Positions 30,839 through 40,610 of a stretch of 64,000 nucleotides of DNA are shown here, piece after piece. Position numbers and translations under genes: made by a program. Source of the DNA: Bacillota bacterium (GTDB taxonomy: Bacteria; Bacillota; Limnochordia; Limnochordales; ZCTH02-B6). The first letter of the stretch is position 1; the number at the start of each line of letters is the position of its first letter. Below the pieces are notes generated by a model that was not told the DNA's origin, did not search any database, and saw only the letters and a program-made list of their open reading frames with translations. The DNA is taken from assembly GCA_017578085.2 (NCBI GenBank), contig PKQR02000001.1, positions 7,105-71,104 on the forward strand. Direction: 5' to 3'.

Positions 30839-33541
30839 GTGGAAGAACCTCACTGGCACCACCTGTCGGTGGCCGAAACGCTGCAGCGCGCAGGCACCCA
30901 TCCTGAGACGGGCCTCTCCGAGGAGGAGGCCCGCCGCCGGCTGGCCCGCCACGGACCCAACCGCCTGCCTGAACAGGAGGGCCTATCCCCGCTCTCCCTC
31001 TTCATCAAGCAATTTACGGACCTCATGGTGCTGGTGCTCCTGGGGGCGGCGCTCGTTTCCGCCCTGCTCGGTGAGCTGTTGGATGCGGCGGCCATTTTCG
31101 TCATCGTGCTGCTCAACGGCGTGCTGGGCTTCCTGCAGGAGTACCGGGCCGAACAGTCGCTGGCTGCCTTGAAGAGGCTGGCTGCCCCGACGGCGCGCGT
31201 TCTAAGGGATGGACTTGAGCGGGTCGTGCCGGCCGCCGAGCTCGTGCCGGGCGATGTGGTGCTGCTGGCGGACGGCGATCGCGTGCCGGCCGACGGCCGG
31301 CTCATCGCAGCCCACGCCCTGGCCGTGGACGAGTCGCTCCTGACGGGCGAATCCGCACCGGTAATGAAGGACGCGCGCGCCGTGTTGCCGGCCGATACGG
31401 CCCTGGCTGACCGCAACAATATGGTGTTTATGGGCACGGCGGTCGCGCGCGGCCACGGCGTGTGCGTCGTAACCGGCACGGGAATGCAGACGCAAATCGG
31501 CCAAATCGCAGGCATGATCCAAGAGGCCGAGCCCCAGGCGACCCCCTTGCAGCAGCGCCTGGAACAGCTGGGCAAGGTGCTGGTGCTGGCGTCGCTGGCC
31601 GTGGTGGCGATCGTGTTTGCCGCCGGGGTGTTGCGCGGCTTTCCCGTTTACCGAATGTTCCTCACCGCGGTCAGTTTGGCGGTGGCCGCCATCCCGGAGG
31701 GGCTGCCCGCGGTGGTGACGATCGCCCTGGCCGTGGGCGTGCAGCGCATGCTGCGGCGGCGGGCCATCATCCGGCGACTGCCCGCGGTTGAAACCCTCGG
31801 CTGCGCGACGGTGATCTGCTCGGACAAGACCGGCACCCTGACCCGCAACGAGATGACGGTGACCCGGCTTTGGCTGGGCGGGCGCGAGATCGAGGTCACG
31901 GGGACCGGCTATGTGCCCAAGGGCGAGTTCCTTTCCGAAGGCGAGCGCATTGACCCAAGCCGCGATGCAGACCTGAGGCTTGCCCTGCGCATCGCAGCCA
32001 CCTGCAACCACGCGCGGCTGCAGCGGACCCCGGACGGCGGCGGGTGGCAGGCGCTCGGGGACCCGACCGAAGCGGCGCTGGTAGTGGCCGCCGCCAAGGC
32101 GGGCATTGCGCCCGCCCGGGGCATCGTGGGGGAGATCCCCTTCGACGCGGAACGAAAACGCATGAGTGTTCTCCTCCAGGAAAGCGGCCAGTTGGTGCTC
32201 ATGACGAAAGGCGCGCCCGACGTCCTCCTGCCCCGTTGCGACCGCTGGCGGCGGGACGGCCGGGTGGAACCCTTGCGGGCGGAGGACCGGCGCAAAATCC
32301 TCGCAGCCATGGAGCAAATGGCGCGCCAGGCGCTCCGGGTGCTGGCTGTGGCCTACGCCGAGCGGCCGGCGGGGCCTGTGCCGCGCCAGCTGGACGACAG
32401 CTGGGAGCAGCAGTTGGTATTCGCAGGCCTCATCGGCATGATCGACCCACCCCGGCCGGAGGTCCGAGCCGCGCTCAAAAAGGCGCGCGAGGCGGGCATC
32501 CGGACCATCGTGATCACCGGCGACCACCGAGACACCGCGCTGGCGATCGCACGGGATCTGGGCGTCGTGCGCGACGCGTCGGAAGTGGCCACGGGGGCGG
32601 AGATCGACGCCTGGTCGCCAGCCCAGTTGGACGAAGCGGTACGGCGCGTGCACGTCTTTGCCCGCGTCGCCCCGGAGCACAAGTTGCGCATCGTCCAGAC
32701 GTTGCGGCGCCAAGGCGAAGTGGTGGCCATGACCGGGGACGGCGTCAACGACGCGCCCGCCCTCAAAGAGGCCGACATCGGGGTGGCCATGGGGATCACA
32801 GGCACCGACGTCACGCGGGACGCCGCGGACATGGTGTTGGCCGACGACAACTACGCCACCATCGTGGCCGCCATCGAGGAAGGCCGCGGCATCTACGACA
32901 ACATCCGCCGTTTCATCCGTTACCTGCTCGGGTGCAACGTGGGCGAAGTCATCACCATGTTCGCCGCCGCCCTGGCTGCTTTACCCCTGCCGTTGACGCC
33001 GCTCATGATCCTTTGGGTCAACCTGGTCACCGACGGCCTCCCGGCCATCGCACTGGGTCTGACGAAGCCCGATGATGACATCATGCGCCGGCCGCCCCGG
33101 TCGCCAAAGGAAGGCGTCTTCAGCCGCGGCCTGCACTGGAAAATCCTCGGTCGGGGATTGCTGATCGCGGTGGGCACCTTGGCGGTCTTCGTACTGCCCC
33201 TGCGTGGGTCAGGCGATGAGGTGCAAGCCCGCACCCTGGCCTTCACGGCGCTGGTGGTGGCGCAGCTCGTCTACGCGTTTCAATGCCAGTCGGAGCACCA
33301 CAGCGTTTTCGAGGTCGGTTTCCTGCGCAATCCCAATCTTGTGGCGGCGGTGGCCACGTCTTTAGGAATGCACGTGGCCGTGCTGTACGTGCCGCTCTTG
33401 CAACAGGTGTTTGGCGTCATGCCGCTGGACGCCCGCGGCTGGCTGCTGGTGCTTGGGTTCTCCGCCTGGTTCCTCGGGGTGGAGGCGCTGCTGCGGGTCG
33501 CCGGGCGGGCGCTGAGGTCGGTGACCGGGTTCCGGGCGTAG
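30839..33541 (+). CDS. P-type Ca2+-transporting ATPase (YloB-like, P2A)
   Basis: The 900-aa protein has a cation-ATPase N-terminal domain, the phosphorylation site [14 protein letters not shown], the hinge [11 protein letters not shown] and 10 predicted TM segments. Its position next to yloA/rqcH matches B. subtilis. Confidence 0.93.
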   Translation: MEEPHWHHLSVAETLQRAGTHPETGLSEEEARRRLARHGPNRLPEQEGLSPLSLFIKQFTDLMVLVLLGAALVSALLGELLDAAAIFVIVLLNGVLGFLQEYRAEQSLAALKRLAAPTARVLRDGLERVVPAAELVPGDVVLLADGDRVPADGRLIAAHALAVDESLLTGESAPVMKDARAVLPADTALADRNNMVFMGTAVARGHGVCVVTGTGMQTQIGQIAGMIQEAEPQATPLQQRLEQLGKVLVLASLAVVAIVFAAGVLRGFPVYRMFLTAVSLAVAAIPEGLPAVVTIALAVGVQRMLRRRAIIRRLPAVETLGCATVICSDKTGTLTRNEMTVTRLWLGGREIEVTGTGYVPKGEFLSEGERIDPSRDADLRLALRIAATCNHARLQRTPDGGGWQALGDPTEAALVVAAAKAGIAPARGIVGEIPFDAERKRMSVLLQESGQLVLMTKGAPDVLLPRCDRWRRDGRVEPLRAEDRRKILAAMEQMARQALRVLAVAYAERPAGPVPRQLDDSWEQQLVFAGLIGMIDPPRPEVRAALKKAREAGIRTIVITGDHRDTALAIARDLGVVRDASEVATGAEIDAWSPAQLDEAVRRVHVFARVAPEHKLRIVQTLRRQGEVVAMTGDGVNDAPALKEADIGVAMGITGTDVTRDAADMVLADDNYATIVAAIEEGRGIYDNIRRFIRYLLGCNVGEVITMFAAALAALPLPLTPLMILWVNLVTDGLPAIALGLTKPDDDIMRRPPRSPKEGVFSRGLHWKILGRGLLIAVGTLAVFVLPLRGSGDEVQARTLAFTALVVAQLVYAFQCQSEHHSVFEVGFLRNPNLVAAVATSLGMHVAVLYVPLLQQVFGVMPLDARGWLLVLGFSAWFLGVEALLRVAGRALRSVTGFRA

Positions 33542-33571
33542 TTTACAAGCCCGCTGGGCTTGCGTTACAAT
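33542..33571 (+). promoter_or_regulatory. Candidate sigma-A promoter for yicC-mihF-remA-gmk-rpoZ
   Basis: TTTACA (33542-33547), an 18-nt spacer containing the small hairpin AGCCC-GCU-GGGCU, then TACAAT (33566-33571). Confidence 0.45.
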
Positions 33572-33604
33572 GGGTGCAAATGCGCCCAGGAGGTTCACGC
33601 GGCC

Positions 33605-34480
33605 TTGCTGCGCAGCATGACGGGCTACGGCTGGGCCGTGGCCAGCGTGGGGGATCGGTCGGCCACGGTGGAGGTCCGCTCTGTCAACCACCGGTATCTG
33701 GACCTAGTAGTCCGGATGCCGCGGGGCTTGGGCGGGCTGGAGGAGCGTGTGCGCAGCACGGTCCAGCAACGGTTCGAGCGCGGGCGGATCGAAATCACGG
33801 TCACCGTGGAGGATCACGGCGCCTCGGACCGAAGGGTGAAGATCGATCGCGGGCTTCTGCTGGCCCTGCGGGCAGCCCTCGAGGAGGCGCGGGCCGTTCT
33901 GGGGACGGCTGAACCCGTCACCTTGTCCCACGTGTTGAGCATCCCCGAGGTGCTCCAGGTGGAGGAGCCGGCTCCGGACCTGGAGGCTTGGTGGGACGTG
34001 GTGAGCCAAGCCCTTGGCCAGGCGCTGGACAGCGTCGTGGCCATGCGGGCGCGCGAAGGACAAGCCTTGGCTGCCGACATCCTCATCCGGCTCGACCGGC
34101 TGGAGGAGCTCGCACAGCGGGTGCGGGAACGGGCCCCTGCCGTGGTCCAGGAGGCGGCAGTCCGCCTGTCCCAGCGCCTCTCGGAGCTGGTCCCGCAAGG
34201 GGTCGACCCCCAGCGGCTGGCGCAAGAGGTGGCGATCATCGCTGACCGCTGCGACGTCAGCGAGGAGCTGGCGCGCATCGGCAGCCACCTCCGGCAACTT
34301 CGGGATTTGACCGCACAAGCGGCCCCAGCCGGGCGAAAGATGGATTTCCTGCTGCAAGAACTGAATCGCGAGTGGAACACCATAGGCTCCAAGGCCGCCG
34401 ACGCCCAGATCAGCCAATGGGTGGTCGAGGCCAAGGCCGAGCTGGAAAAGATCCGGGAGCAGGTGCAGAATATCGAGTAG
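33605..34480 (+). CDS. YicC/YloC family stress-induced protein (endoribonuclease-like)
   Basis: The tracked ORF starts at 33560. TTG 33605, after AGGAGG, gives the N-terminus LLRSMTGYG, matching the M..SMTG(Y/F)G starts of the family. The C-terminal DUF1732-like string is EELNREWNTIGSKA. Confidence 0.88.
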   Translation: MLRSMTGYGWAVASVGDRSATVEVRSVNHRYLDLVVRMPRGLGGLEERVRSTVQQRFERGRIEITVTVEDHGASDRRVKIDRGLLLALRAALEEARAVLGTAEPVTLSHVLSIPEVLQVEEPAPDLEAWWDVVSQALGQALDSVVAMRAREGQALAADILIRLDRLEELAQRVRERAPAVVQEAAVRLSQRLSELVPQGVDPQRLAQEVAIIADRCDVSEELARIGSHLRQLRDLTAQAAPAGRKMDFLLQELNREWNTIGSKAADAQISQWVVEAKAELEKIREQVQNIE

Positions 34481-34495
34481 CAGGAGGTGCGGGGG

Positions 34496-34804
34496 GTGGC
34501 TCTGCCCAAGTTGACCCCGGAGGAAAAGCGGAAGGCCTTAGCCAAGGCTCAGGAGATGCGGAGCCGGCGTGCGCAGTTGCGGCAGGACTTGAAGCGGGGG
34601 GCCGTCAGCCTGCGGGAAGTGCTGGCCAGACAGGACGACGAGGTCGTCCAAAAGATGCGCGTCTCCTACCTGCTGCAGTCGCTGCCGCATGTCGGCAAGG
34701 TCACCACCGCCCGGGTGATGCAGGAAATCGGCATCGACGCCAACCGCCGGGTCCAGGGGCTCGGCAGCCGCCAGCGCGAGGCGCTTTTGGAGCGTTTCGG
34801 ATAA
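34496..34804 (+). CDS. mihF: Actinobacterial-type integration host factor (mIHF) homologue
   Basis: GTG 34496 lies 8 nt after AGGAGG and gives MALPKLTPEEKRKAL... The protein aligns end-to-end with my memory of M. tuberculosis mIHF (MALPQLTDEQRAAALEKA..LKRG...L..VL......V..KMKVS.LL..LP.VGKV......E..I...RR..GLG.RQR.ALLE.FG). Confidence 0.8.
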   Translation: MALPKLTPEEKRKALAKAQEMRSRRAQLRQDLKRGAVSLREVLARQDDEVVQKMRVSYLLQSLPHVGKVTTARVMQEIGIDANRRVQGLGSRQREALLERFG

Positions 34805-34843
34805 ACGGATGCACGCCGCTGAGACCGGGTAGGGGAGAATTCC

Positions 34844-35119
34844 GTGGACACTAGGCTGATCAACATAGGCTTTGGCAACGTGGTCGCCGCCCACCGCATC
34901 GTCGCCATCGTCAGCCCTGAGTCTGCGCCCATCAAGCGCCTAGTGCAGGAGGCCCGGGACAGGGGGACGCTCATCGACGCCACGTATGGGCGCAGGACGC
35001 GGGCGGTGATTATCACCGACACGGCCCATGTGATCTTGTCCGCGGTCCAGCCGGAGACGGTGGCGCAGCGGCTCAACCAGCGGGACAAGCGCGAAGGCGC
35101 GGCGGCGGGAGTGTCGTGA
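34844..35119 (+). CDS. remA: Extracellular matrix/biofilm regulator RemA (DUF370, YlzA)
   Basis: [28 protein letters not shown]...[13 protein letters not shown] is a near-invariant RemA family sequence. Its position directly upstream of gmk matches B. subtilis. Confidence 0.92.
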   Translation: MDTRLINIGFGNVVAAHRIVAIVSPESAPIKRLVQEARDRGTLIDATYGRRTRAVIITDTAHVILSAVQPETVAQRLNQRDKREGAAAGVS

Positions 35120-35772
35120 GCGCGGAAGTCATGTCAAAAGCTGCCAACCGTCGACGCGGGTTCCTGGTCGTGCTCAGCGGTCCGTCGGGGGTCGGCAAAA
35201 ATACGCTGCTCAATGCCGTGCTCCCCCTGGTGGACGGGCTGCAGTATTCCGTTTCTGCAACGACGCGGCCACCCCGCCCTGGAGAAGTGCACGGGCGGGA
35301 CTACTTCTTCTTGACAGACGAAGAGTTTGACGGTATGGTCCAGCGCGGGGAGTTTCTTGAGTGGGCCGAGTTCGTCGGCCGGCGTTACGGCACGCCCCGC
35401 GCCTTCATCGAGGAGTGCCTGGACAAGGGGCTGACGGTGATCCTGGATGTCGATATCCAGGGAGCGGCCCAGATCCGGGCGGCCATGCCGGAGGCAGTGC
35501 TGGTCTTTCTGCTCCCGCCGAGCCTGGAGGAGCTCCGCCGGCGCATTTACGGCCGGGGCAAGGACTCGGAGTCGGCCATCGCCGAGCGCCTGTCGTGGGC
35601 GCAGCATGAGCTCGCGGCGGTGACCGACTATGACTACGTCATCGTCAACGACGACCTGCAGCGGGCGTGCGACCAGCTGCGGTCGATCATCATCGCGGAG
35701 CGGTGCAAAGTCAGCCGCAGCGACTATCCGGCGCTGATCGCCAGCCTGCGGGAGGAGGGAAAGACGCCATGA
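35116..35772 (+). CDS. gmk: Guanylate kinase
   Basis: It overlaps the remA stop by GTGA. Motifs present: P-loop [11 protein letters not shown] and [17 protein letters not shown]. Confidence 0.94.
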   Translation: MSAEVMSKAANRRRGFLVVLSGPSGVGKNTLLNAVLPLVDGLQYSVSATTRPPRPGEVHGRDYFFLTDEEFDGMVQRGEFLEWAEFVGRRYGTPRAFIEECLDKGLTVILDVDIQGAAQIRAAMPEAVLVFLLPPSLEELRRRIYGRGKDSESAIAERLSWAQHELAAVTDYDYVIVNDDLQRACDQLRSIIIAERCKVSRSDYPALIASLREEGKTP

Positions 35773-35981
35773 TTATGAACCAGCCGTCCATCGATCTCCT
35801 GCGGGAGAAGATCGACAGCCGCTACGCATTGGTAGTGGCGGCGGCCAAGCGGGCCCGGCAGCTGTTGGAGGGAGCGCCGCGGCTTGTCGATGTGCCGTCC
35901 GATAAGCCGGTGACCGTCGCGTTGTGGGAGATCGGGGAGGACAAGCTGGAGATTGAGCGGAACAAAGCCGGCATCAAGTGA
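35769..35981 (+). CDS. rpoZ: DNA-directed RNA polymerase subunit omega
   Basis: It overlaps the gmk stop by ATGA. The 70-aa protein has [16 protein letters not shown]. Confidence 0.92.
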   Translation: MIMNQPSIDLLREKIDSRYALVVAAAKRARQLLEGAPRLVDVPSDKPVTVALWEIGEDKLEIERNKAGIK

Positions 35982-38238
35982 CCCCGCCGGCCCCATCGCG
36001 GAGGTCATCGTTGACGTCCCGGTTCCCGGTGTGGACCGGGTTTTTCACTATCTCGTGCCGGAAACGCTGGCTGCCCGAGTAAGGGTCGGCCAGCGGGTGC
36101 TCGTCCCCTTCGGCGGGCGGCGGGTCGAAGGATATGTGGTCGGCTTCGCCGCCGAAACCAATGTCAGCCGCCTGAAGCCGCTCTTGGCCATCCGGAGCGA
36201 AGACCCGTTTTTTGACACTGACGGCTTGGCCCTCGCCCAATGGCTCTGCGAGCGCTACCTTTGCCTGCGGGTGGAGGCTCTCCGGTGCCTGGCACCTCCC
36301 GGTGCCACCGGACCTGAAGCGGTCCGGGCGCGCCTTGTGCCGGGTTGGAGGCTGACGGCCGATGAGGCCACTGCCCGGGCCGCCATGGAGGAGCTCCTGG
36401 CGCGCGCCCCCAAGCAGGCTGCCGTCCTCGCGCTCTTGCTGCAGGCGGCGGCCGGGGGCGATACGCGCCCGCTGCCCGCGGCAGAGATACGGCGGCGTAC
36501 TGGGGCGCCGAGCAGCTCCCTCAAGGCGCTGGCGCAACGGGGGTTGGTCCAGCCGGAGGCAGTGCGGATCGAGCGGGAGCCGGCCGCGCCGCGGGTGCAC
36601 GAGCCCGCGGCCCCGCTAACCTTGACGGCTGAGCAGGAGGCCGCCCTGGCTGCCATCACCAGCGCACGGCGGGAGGGCGACCTGCGCCCGGTGCTGCTAC
36701 AGGGGGTTACTGGCAGCGGTAAGACGGAGATTTACCTCCGGCTCGTGGCGGAGACGCTAGCGGCCGGGCGCGGGGCGCTGGTGCTGGTGCCGGAAATCGC
36801 CCTCACTCCCCAGACGTTTGCCCGCTTCTCCGCCCGGTTTCCCGGGCAGGTGGCGGTGCTGCACAGCGGCTTGGGGGCGGGGGAGCGGTTCGATCAGTGG
36901 GAGAGGGTGGCCCGAGGGCACGCCCCCATCGTGGTCGGCGCGCGCTCGGCCGTTTTCGCACCCGTGCGGGATCTCGGCCTTGTCATTGTCGACGAGGAGC
37001 ACGAGACGTCCTACAAGCAGGAGGAAAGCCCGCGGTATCATGCACGGGAAGTGGCCCTGGAGCGGGCACGCCGTGCCGGGGCCTTGTGCGTCTTAGGGAG
37101 TGCCACACCCTCGTTGGAAAGCTACGTGCAGGCGCGGGCGGGCAGGTTCCGGCTTGTCCGCTTGACGCGGCGCGTGGACGGCCGGGAGCTGCCGCCGGTG
37201 GAAGTGGTGGACATGCGGGCCGAGATGGTGGCGGGCAACCGGAGCATTTTCAGCCGGAGGCTGACGGAAGCGCTCAGGGAGTGCCTCGCCCGGGGACGCC
37301 AGGCCGTGCTGTTCTTGAACCGGCGGGGCTTCTCGCAGTTTATGCTCTGCCGCGAGTGCGGCCACGTGGTCCGGTGTCCCGACTGCGCGGTGAGCTATAC
37401 TTACCACGCGGCGCCCACCGAGCACCTGCGCTGCCACTACTGTGACGGCCTGCACCCGGTGCCCGCCCGGTGTCCCCAATGCGGTGGGCCGTACCTGCGG
37501 CCCTTCGGAGCGGGCACCCAGCGGGTGGAGACGTTGGTGCAAGAACTGTTCCCGCACGCCCGGGTGCGGCGCATGGACTTGGACACCACCGCGCGCAAAG
37601 GTTCCCACACCGCCCTTTTTGAGGCGGTGCGCCGGGGCGACGTGGACGTCATCGTCGGCACGCAGATGGTGGCCAAGGGCCTAGACTTCCCCAATGTGAC
37701 CCTGGTGGGTGTGGTGGCCGCCGACAGCACCTTGCACGTGCCCGACTTCCGGGCCGCCGAGCGCACGTTCCAGCTTCTTACCCAGGTCGGCGGGCGCGCC
37801 GGGCGGGGAGCAGATCCCGGGCGGGTCATCGTGCAGACGTACCAGCCCAACCACTACAGCATCGTCGCGGCCCGCGCTTATGACGATGAAGGCTTTTACC
37901 GCCGGGAAGCGGCTTACCGGCAAGCGGGCGGTTATCCGCCCTTCACGGCGCTGGTGCGTATCCTTATCAGCGGTCCGGAAGAGATGGTGGCAGAGGCTGC
38001 CAAGGCCGTGGCCCAGGCGGTGCGCCAATGCGCCGTGGGGGTGGACGTCACGGTGTCGGGACCGGCGCCGGCGCCCCTGCAGCGCCTGCGGGGACGGGAG
38101 CGCTGGCATGTGATCATCAAAGGACAAGGCGACGGGCCGCGCCAGGTGGCCATGGCTGCCCGGGAAATGTGGCGGCCGCTGCTGGGCCGCGGGGGCGTCT
38201 CAGTGGCCATCGACGTGGATCCGGTTTCGCTCTTGTGA
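35953..38238 (+). CDS. priA: Primosomal protein N' (replication restart helicase PriA)
   Basis: TTG 35953 is the only in-frame start upstream of the conserved AEVIVDVPV N-terminus. It overlaps rpoZ by 29 nt. Motifs present: Walker A GVTGSGKTE, DEEH, and the Cys-rich zinc region CRECGHVVRCPDC..CHYC..CPQCG. Confidence 0.92.
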   Translation: MSGTKPASSDPAGPIAEVIVDVPVPGVDRVFHYLVPETLAARVRVGQRVLVPFGGRRVEGYVVGFAAETNVSRLKPLLAIRSEDPFFDTDGLALAQWLCERYLCLRVEALRCLAPPGATGPEAVRARLVPGWRLTADEATARAAMEELLARAPKQAAVLALLLQAAAGGDTRPLPAAEIRRRTGAPSSSLKALAQRGLVQPEAVRIEREPAAPRVHEPAAPLTLTAEQEAALAAITSARREGDLRPVLLQGVTGSGKTEIYLRLVAETLAAGRGALVLVPEIALTPQTFARFSARFPGQVAVLHSGLGAGERFDQWERVARGHAPIVVGARSAVFAPVRDLGLVIVDEEHETSYKQEESPRYHAREVALERARRAGALCVLGSATPSLESYVQARAGRFRLVRLTRRVDGRELPPVEVVDMRAEMVAGNRSIFSRRLTEALRECLARGRQAVLFLNRRGFSQFMLCRECGHVVRCPDCAVSYTYHAAPTEHLRCHYCDGLHPVPARCPQCGGPYLRPFGAGTQRVETLVQELFPHARVRRMDLDTTARKGSHTALFEAVRRGDVDVIVGTQMVAKGLDFPNVTLVGVVAADSTLHVPDFRAAERTFQLLTQVGGRAGRGADPGRVIVQTYQPNHYSIVAARAYDDEGFYRREAAYRQAGGYPPFTALVRILISGPEEMVAEAAKAVAQAVRQCAVGVDVTVSGPAPAPLQRLRGRERWHVIIKGQGDGPRQVAMAAREMWRPLLGRGGVSVAIDVDPVSLL

Positions 38239-38255
38239 CTAGGGGGCGGTTTCCG

Positions 38256-38771
38256 ATGGCAGTGTTGCCGATTGTGCAGGTCCCCGACCCCGTGCTGCGC
38301 AAAAAGGCGCAGCCGGTGGAACGGGTAACCAAGCGCGTACAGAAGTTAATCCGCGATATGGCGGACACCATGTACGCCGCCAACGGCGCCGGTCTGGCCG
38401 CGCCGCAAGTGGGGGTGTCCGAGCGGATCATCGTCGTGGATGCAGGCGATGGCCTCGTGGCCTTGGTGAACCCGCGCATCATCGCGGCCGAGGGCAGCGA
38501 GGTGGACATTGAGGGCTGCTTGAGCATACCCAACGTGAGCGTCTACGTGGAGCGGGCCGCCCGGGTGGAAGTGGAGGGCTGGGACGAGCGGGGCCGGACC
38601 GTGCGCATCAAGGCCGACGGTTTGCTGGCCCGGGCGCTGCAGCACGAGATCGACCACTTGGATGGGATCCTGATCACCGACAAGGGCAGTCCCATCCGGC
38701 GTACCGATGAGGCGGAAGCGGACAGCGTGAGCGCGGGCGAAACCGGTGCCGAGGGAGAGCGGCGGGCGTGA
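38256..38771 (+). CDS. def: Peptide deformylase
   Basis: The start is ATG 38256. All three motifs are present: GAGLAAPQVG, EGCLS and HEIDHLDG. The acidic C-terminal tail is longer than usual. Confidence 0.94.
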   Translation: MAVLPIVQVPDPVLRKKAQPVERVTKRVQKLIRDMADTMYAANGAGLAAPQVGVSERIIVVDAGDGLVALVNPRIIAAEGSEVDIEGCLSIPNVSVYVERAARVEVEGWDERGRTVRIKADGLLARALQHEIDHLDGILITDKGSPIRRTDEAEADSVSAGETGAEGERRA

Positions 38772-39745
38772 GGCGTTTGCGGGTCGTCTTTATGGGCACG
38801 CCCGACTTCGCGGTGCCCTCGCTCAAGGCGGTCATCACCGCAGGGCACGCGGTGGTGGGCGTCTTCACCCAGCCGGACAAACCCCGGGGACGGGGCCATA
38901 AGGTGGCGCCGCCGCCCGTGAAGCAGGTCGCGGAGGCATGCGGCATCCCGGTGTTCCAGCCCCGCCGCCTGCGGGAACCGGAGGCCTTGGAGGCGTTGCG
39001 CTCCTTGGCCCCGGACGTCATCTGCGTGGTGGCCTACGGGCAGATCTTGCCCAAGGCCGTCTTGGACCTGCCTCCCTTGGGCTGCGTCAACGTGCATGCC
39101 TCGCTCCTGCCCCGCTGGCGCGGGGCCGCGCCTATCCAGGCGGCCCTGCTGGCTGGGGACACGGTGACTGGGGTCACCACCATGCTCATGGATGAAGGCC
39201 TCGACACCGGCGACATCCTCCTGCAGCGTCCCATCCCCATCGATCCGGCGGACGACGCCGGCACGCTCCACGACAAACTGGCCGCGGCAGGCGCGGAACT
39301 GCTGGTGGAGACGCTGGCGCTCTTGGCCGAGGGCCGGGCGCCCAGGCGCCCCCAGGACAACTCGCTGGCCACCTACGCACCCAAGATAGAGCGGGAGCAG
39401 GCGGCCATCGACTGGAGCCGGACTGCCGAGCAGATCTACAACCACGTCCGGGCCTTCGCCCCGTGGCCCGGCGCCTACACGGCCCACGGAGAGCGTATAC
39501 TAAAGGTGCTGCAGGTGGAGCCGCGCACCGCCGAGGCCGCTGGGGCGGTCCCTGGGGAAGTGGTGGCTGTCGAGGAGGCCGGGTTCGTGGTGCAAACCGG
39601 CCGCGGCACGGTGCTCGTGCGGCGCGTTCAGCCGCCGGGCGCCGCGGCCATGAGTGGCCGCGACTACGTCAACGGCTACCGGCTGCGGGTGGGAGAGCGG
39701 CTTGCACCGGTGCAGCCGGGCGCTGGTTCGGCTGGCGGCAATTGA
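38768..39745 (+). CDS. fmt: Methionyl-tRNA formyltransferase
   Basis: It overlaps the def stop by GTGA. Motifs present: VVFMGTPDFAV and NVHASLLPRWRGAAPI. Confidence 0.95.
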   Translation: MRRLRVVFMGTPDFAVPSLKAVITAGHAVVGVFTQPDKPRGRGHKVAPPPVKQVAEACGIPVFQPRRLREPEALEALRSLAPDVICVVAYGQILPKAVLDLPPLGCVNVHASLLPRWRGAAPIQAALLAGDTVTGVTTMLMDEGLDTGDILLQRPIPIDPADDAGTLHDKLAAAGAELLVETLALLAEGRAPRRPQDNSLATYAPKIEREQAAIDWSRTAEQIYNHVRAFAPWPGAYTAHGERILKVLQVEPRTAEAAGAVPGEVVAVEEAGFVVQTGRGTVLVRRVQPPGAAAMSGRDYVNGYRLRVGERLAPVQPGAGSAGGN

Positions 39746-39800
39746 CAGGCGCCGCGGCTTTGCGCAATGATCTAATTGTAATTGTGAAATTGCTCACTGG
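39743..39800 (+). promoter_or_regulatory. AT-rich pocket with TTGACA and a tandem AATTGT repeat upstream of the yugP-like gene (possible promoter/operator)
   Basis: TTGACA lies at 39743-39748, but only weak -10 candidates follow (CAATGA/AATGAT). The string CTAATTGTAATTGTGAAATTGC is a low-GC island in a roughly 70% GC context. Confidence 0.2.
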
Positions 39801-39820
39801 AGAAAGGAGGCGATGGGCGG

Positions 39821-40507
39821 TTGTTTTACCCGATGTTTGATCCGACCTTTATCCTGCTGATTCCCGCCTTGATGCTTGCTTTGTACGCGCAGCAGAAGGT
39901 GCATTCCACCTTTGCCCGCTACAGCCGCGTGCCCGCCAGGGCCATGCGGACAGGGGCGCAAGTGGCGCGGGAACTGCTGGATCACGCCGGCCTGCGGGAT
40001 GTGCCGGTCGAGCTGACCAGGGGTACGCTGACGGACCACTACGATCCCCGTGCCCGGGTCATGCGCCTGTCGCCGGAAGTGTACCATGGCACTTCCATCG
40101 CCGCGCTGGCCGTGGCCGCCCACGAGACGGGCCATGCCCTGCAGCACGCGGGCAACTACGTTCCCCTGGCAGTTCGCAACGGGCTGTTCCCGGTGGCCAA
40201 CATCGGGTCGCAGATGGCGTTCCCGCTGTTCTTCCTTGGCCTCATCATGGCGGCTGAACCGCTGATGACGCTGGGCATCTGGCTGTTCCTCGCGGCGCTG
40301 GCGTTCCAGGTTATCACGCTCCCGGTGGAGTACGACGCGAGCAGCCGGGCTATGCGGCTGCTGGCGGCCGGGGGATACCTCGCCGCCGACGAGGTGCCCA
40401 AGGCCAAGGCGGTCTTGAATGCTGCTGCCCTCACGTACGTGGCCGCGGTGGCGGTGGCGGTCATGCACCTTTTGCGCCTGCTGATCTTGCGCGAGTCCCG
40501 CGATTGA
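39821..40507 (+). CDS. Membrane zinc metallopeptidase (YugP-like, Zn_peptidase_2)
   Basis: TTG 39821 lies 10 nt after AAAGGAGG. The N-terminus MFYPMFDPTFILLIPALMLALYAQ matches the family start. HETGHALQH is the HExxH motif, and C-terminal TM helices are present. Confidence 0.88.
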   Translation: MFYPMFDPTFILLIPALMLALYAQQKVHSTFARYSRVPARAMRTGAQVARELLDHAGLRDVPVELTRGTLTDHYDPRARVMRLSPEVYHGTSIAALAVAAHETGHALQHAGNYVPLAVRNGLFPVANIGSQMAFPLFFLGLIMAAEPLMTLGIWLFLAALAFQVITLPVEYDASSRAMRLLAAGGYLAADEVPKAKAVLNAAALTYVAAVAVAVMHLLRLLILRESRD

Positions 40508-40610
40508 CGGGGCAGTTGCCTACTCCGAGGTTTCACATGGTGCGCGCGGGGCGGTCGTATGCCATCGGCCGCCTTTCATTTCTTTTTCCGGGGAAAGGGG
40601 CGGACATCCC

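Noticed and set aside
40560-40605. An imperfect hairpin GCCGCCUUUC...GGAAAGGGGCGG lies in the yugP-rsmB spacer. I considered it as a possible terminator.
   Set aside because: The U-rich run lies inside the loop rather than after the stem, and the stem has a bulge. It could be a weak terminator, but I cannot support that call.
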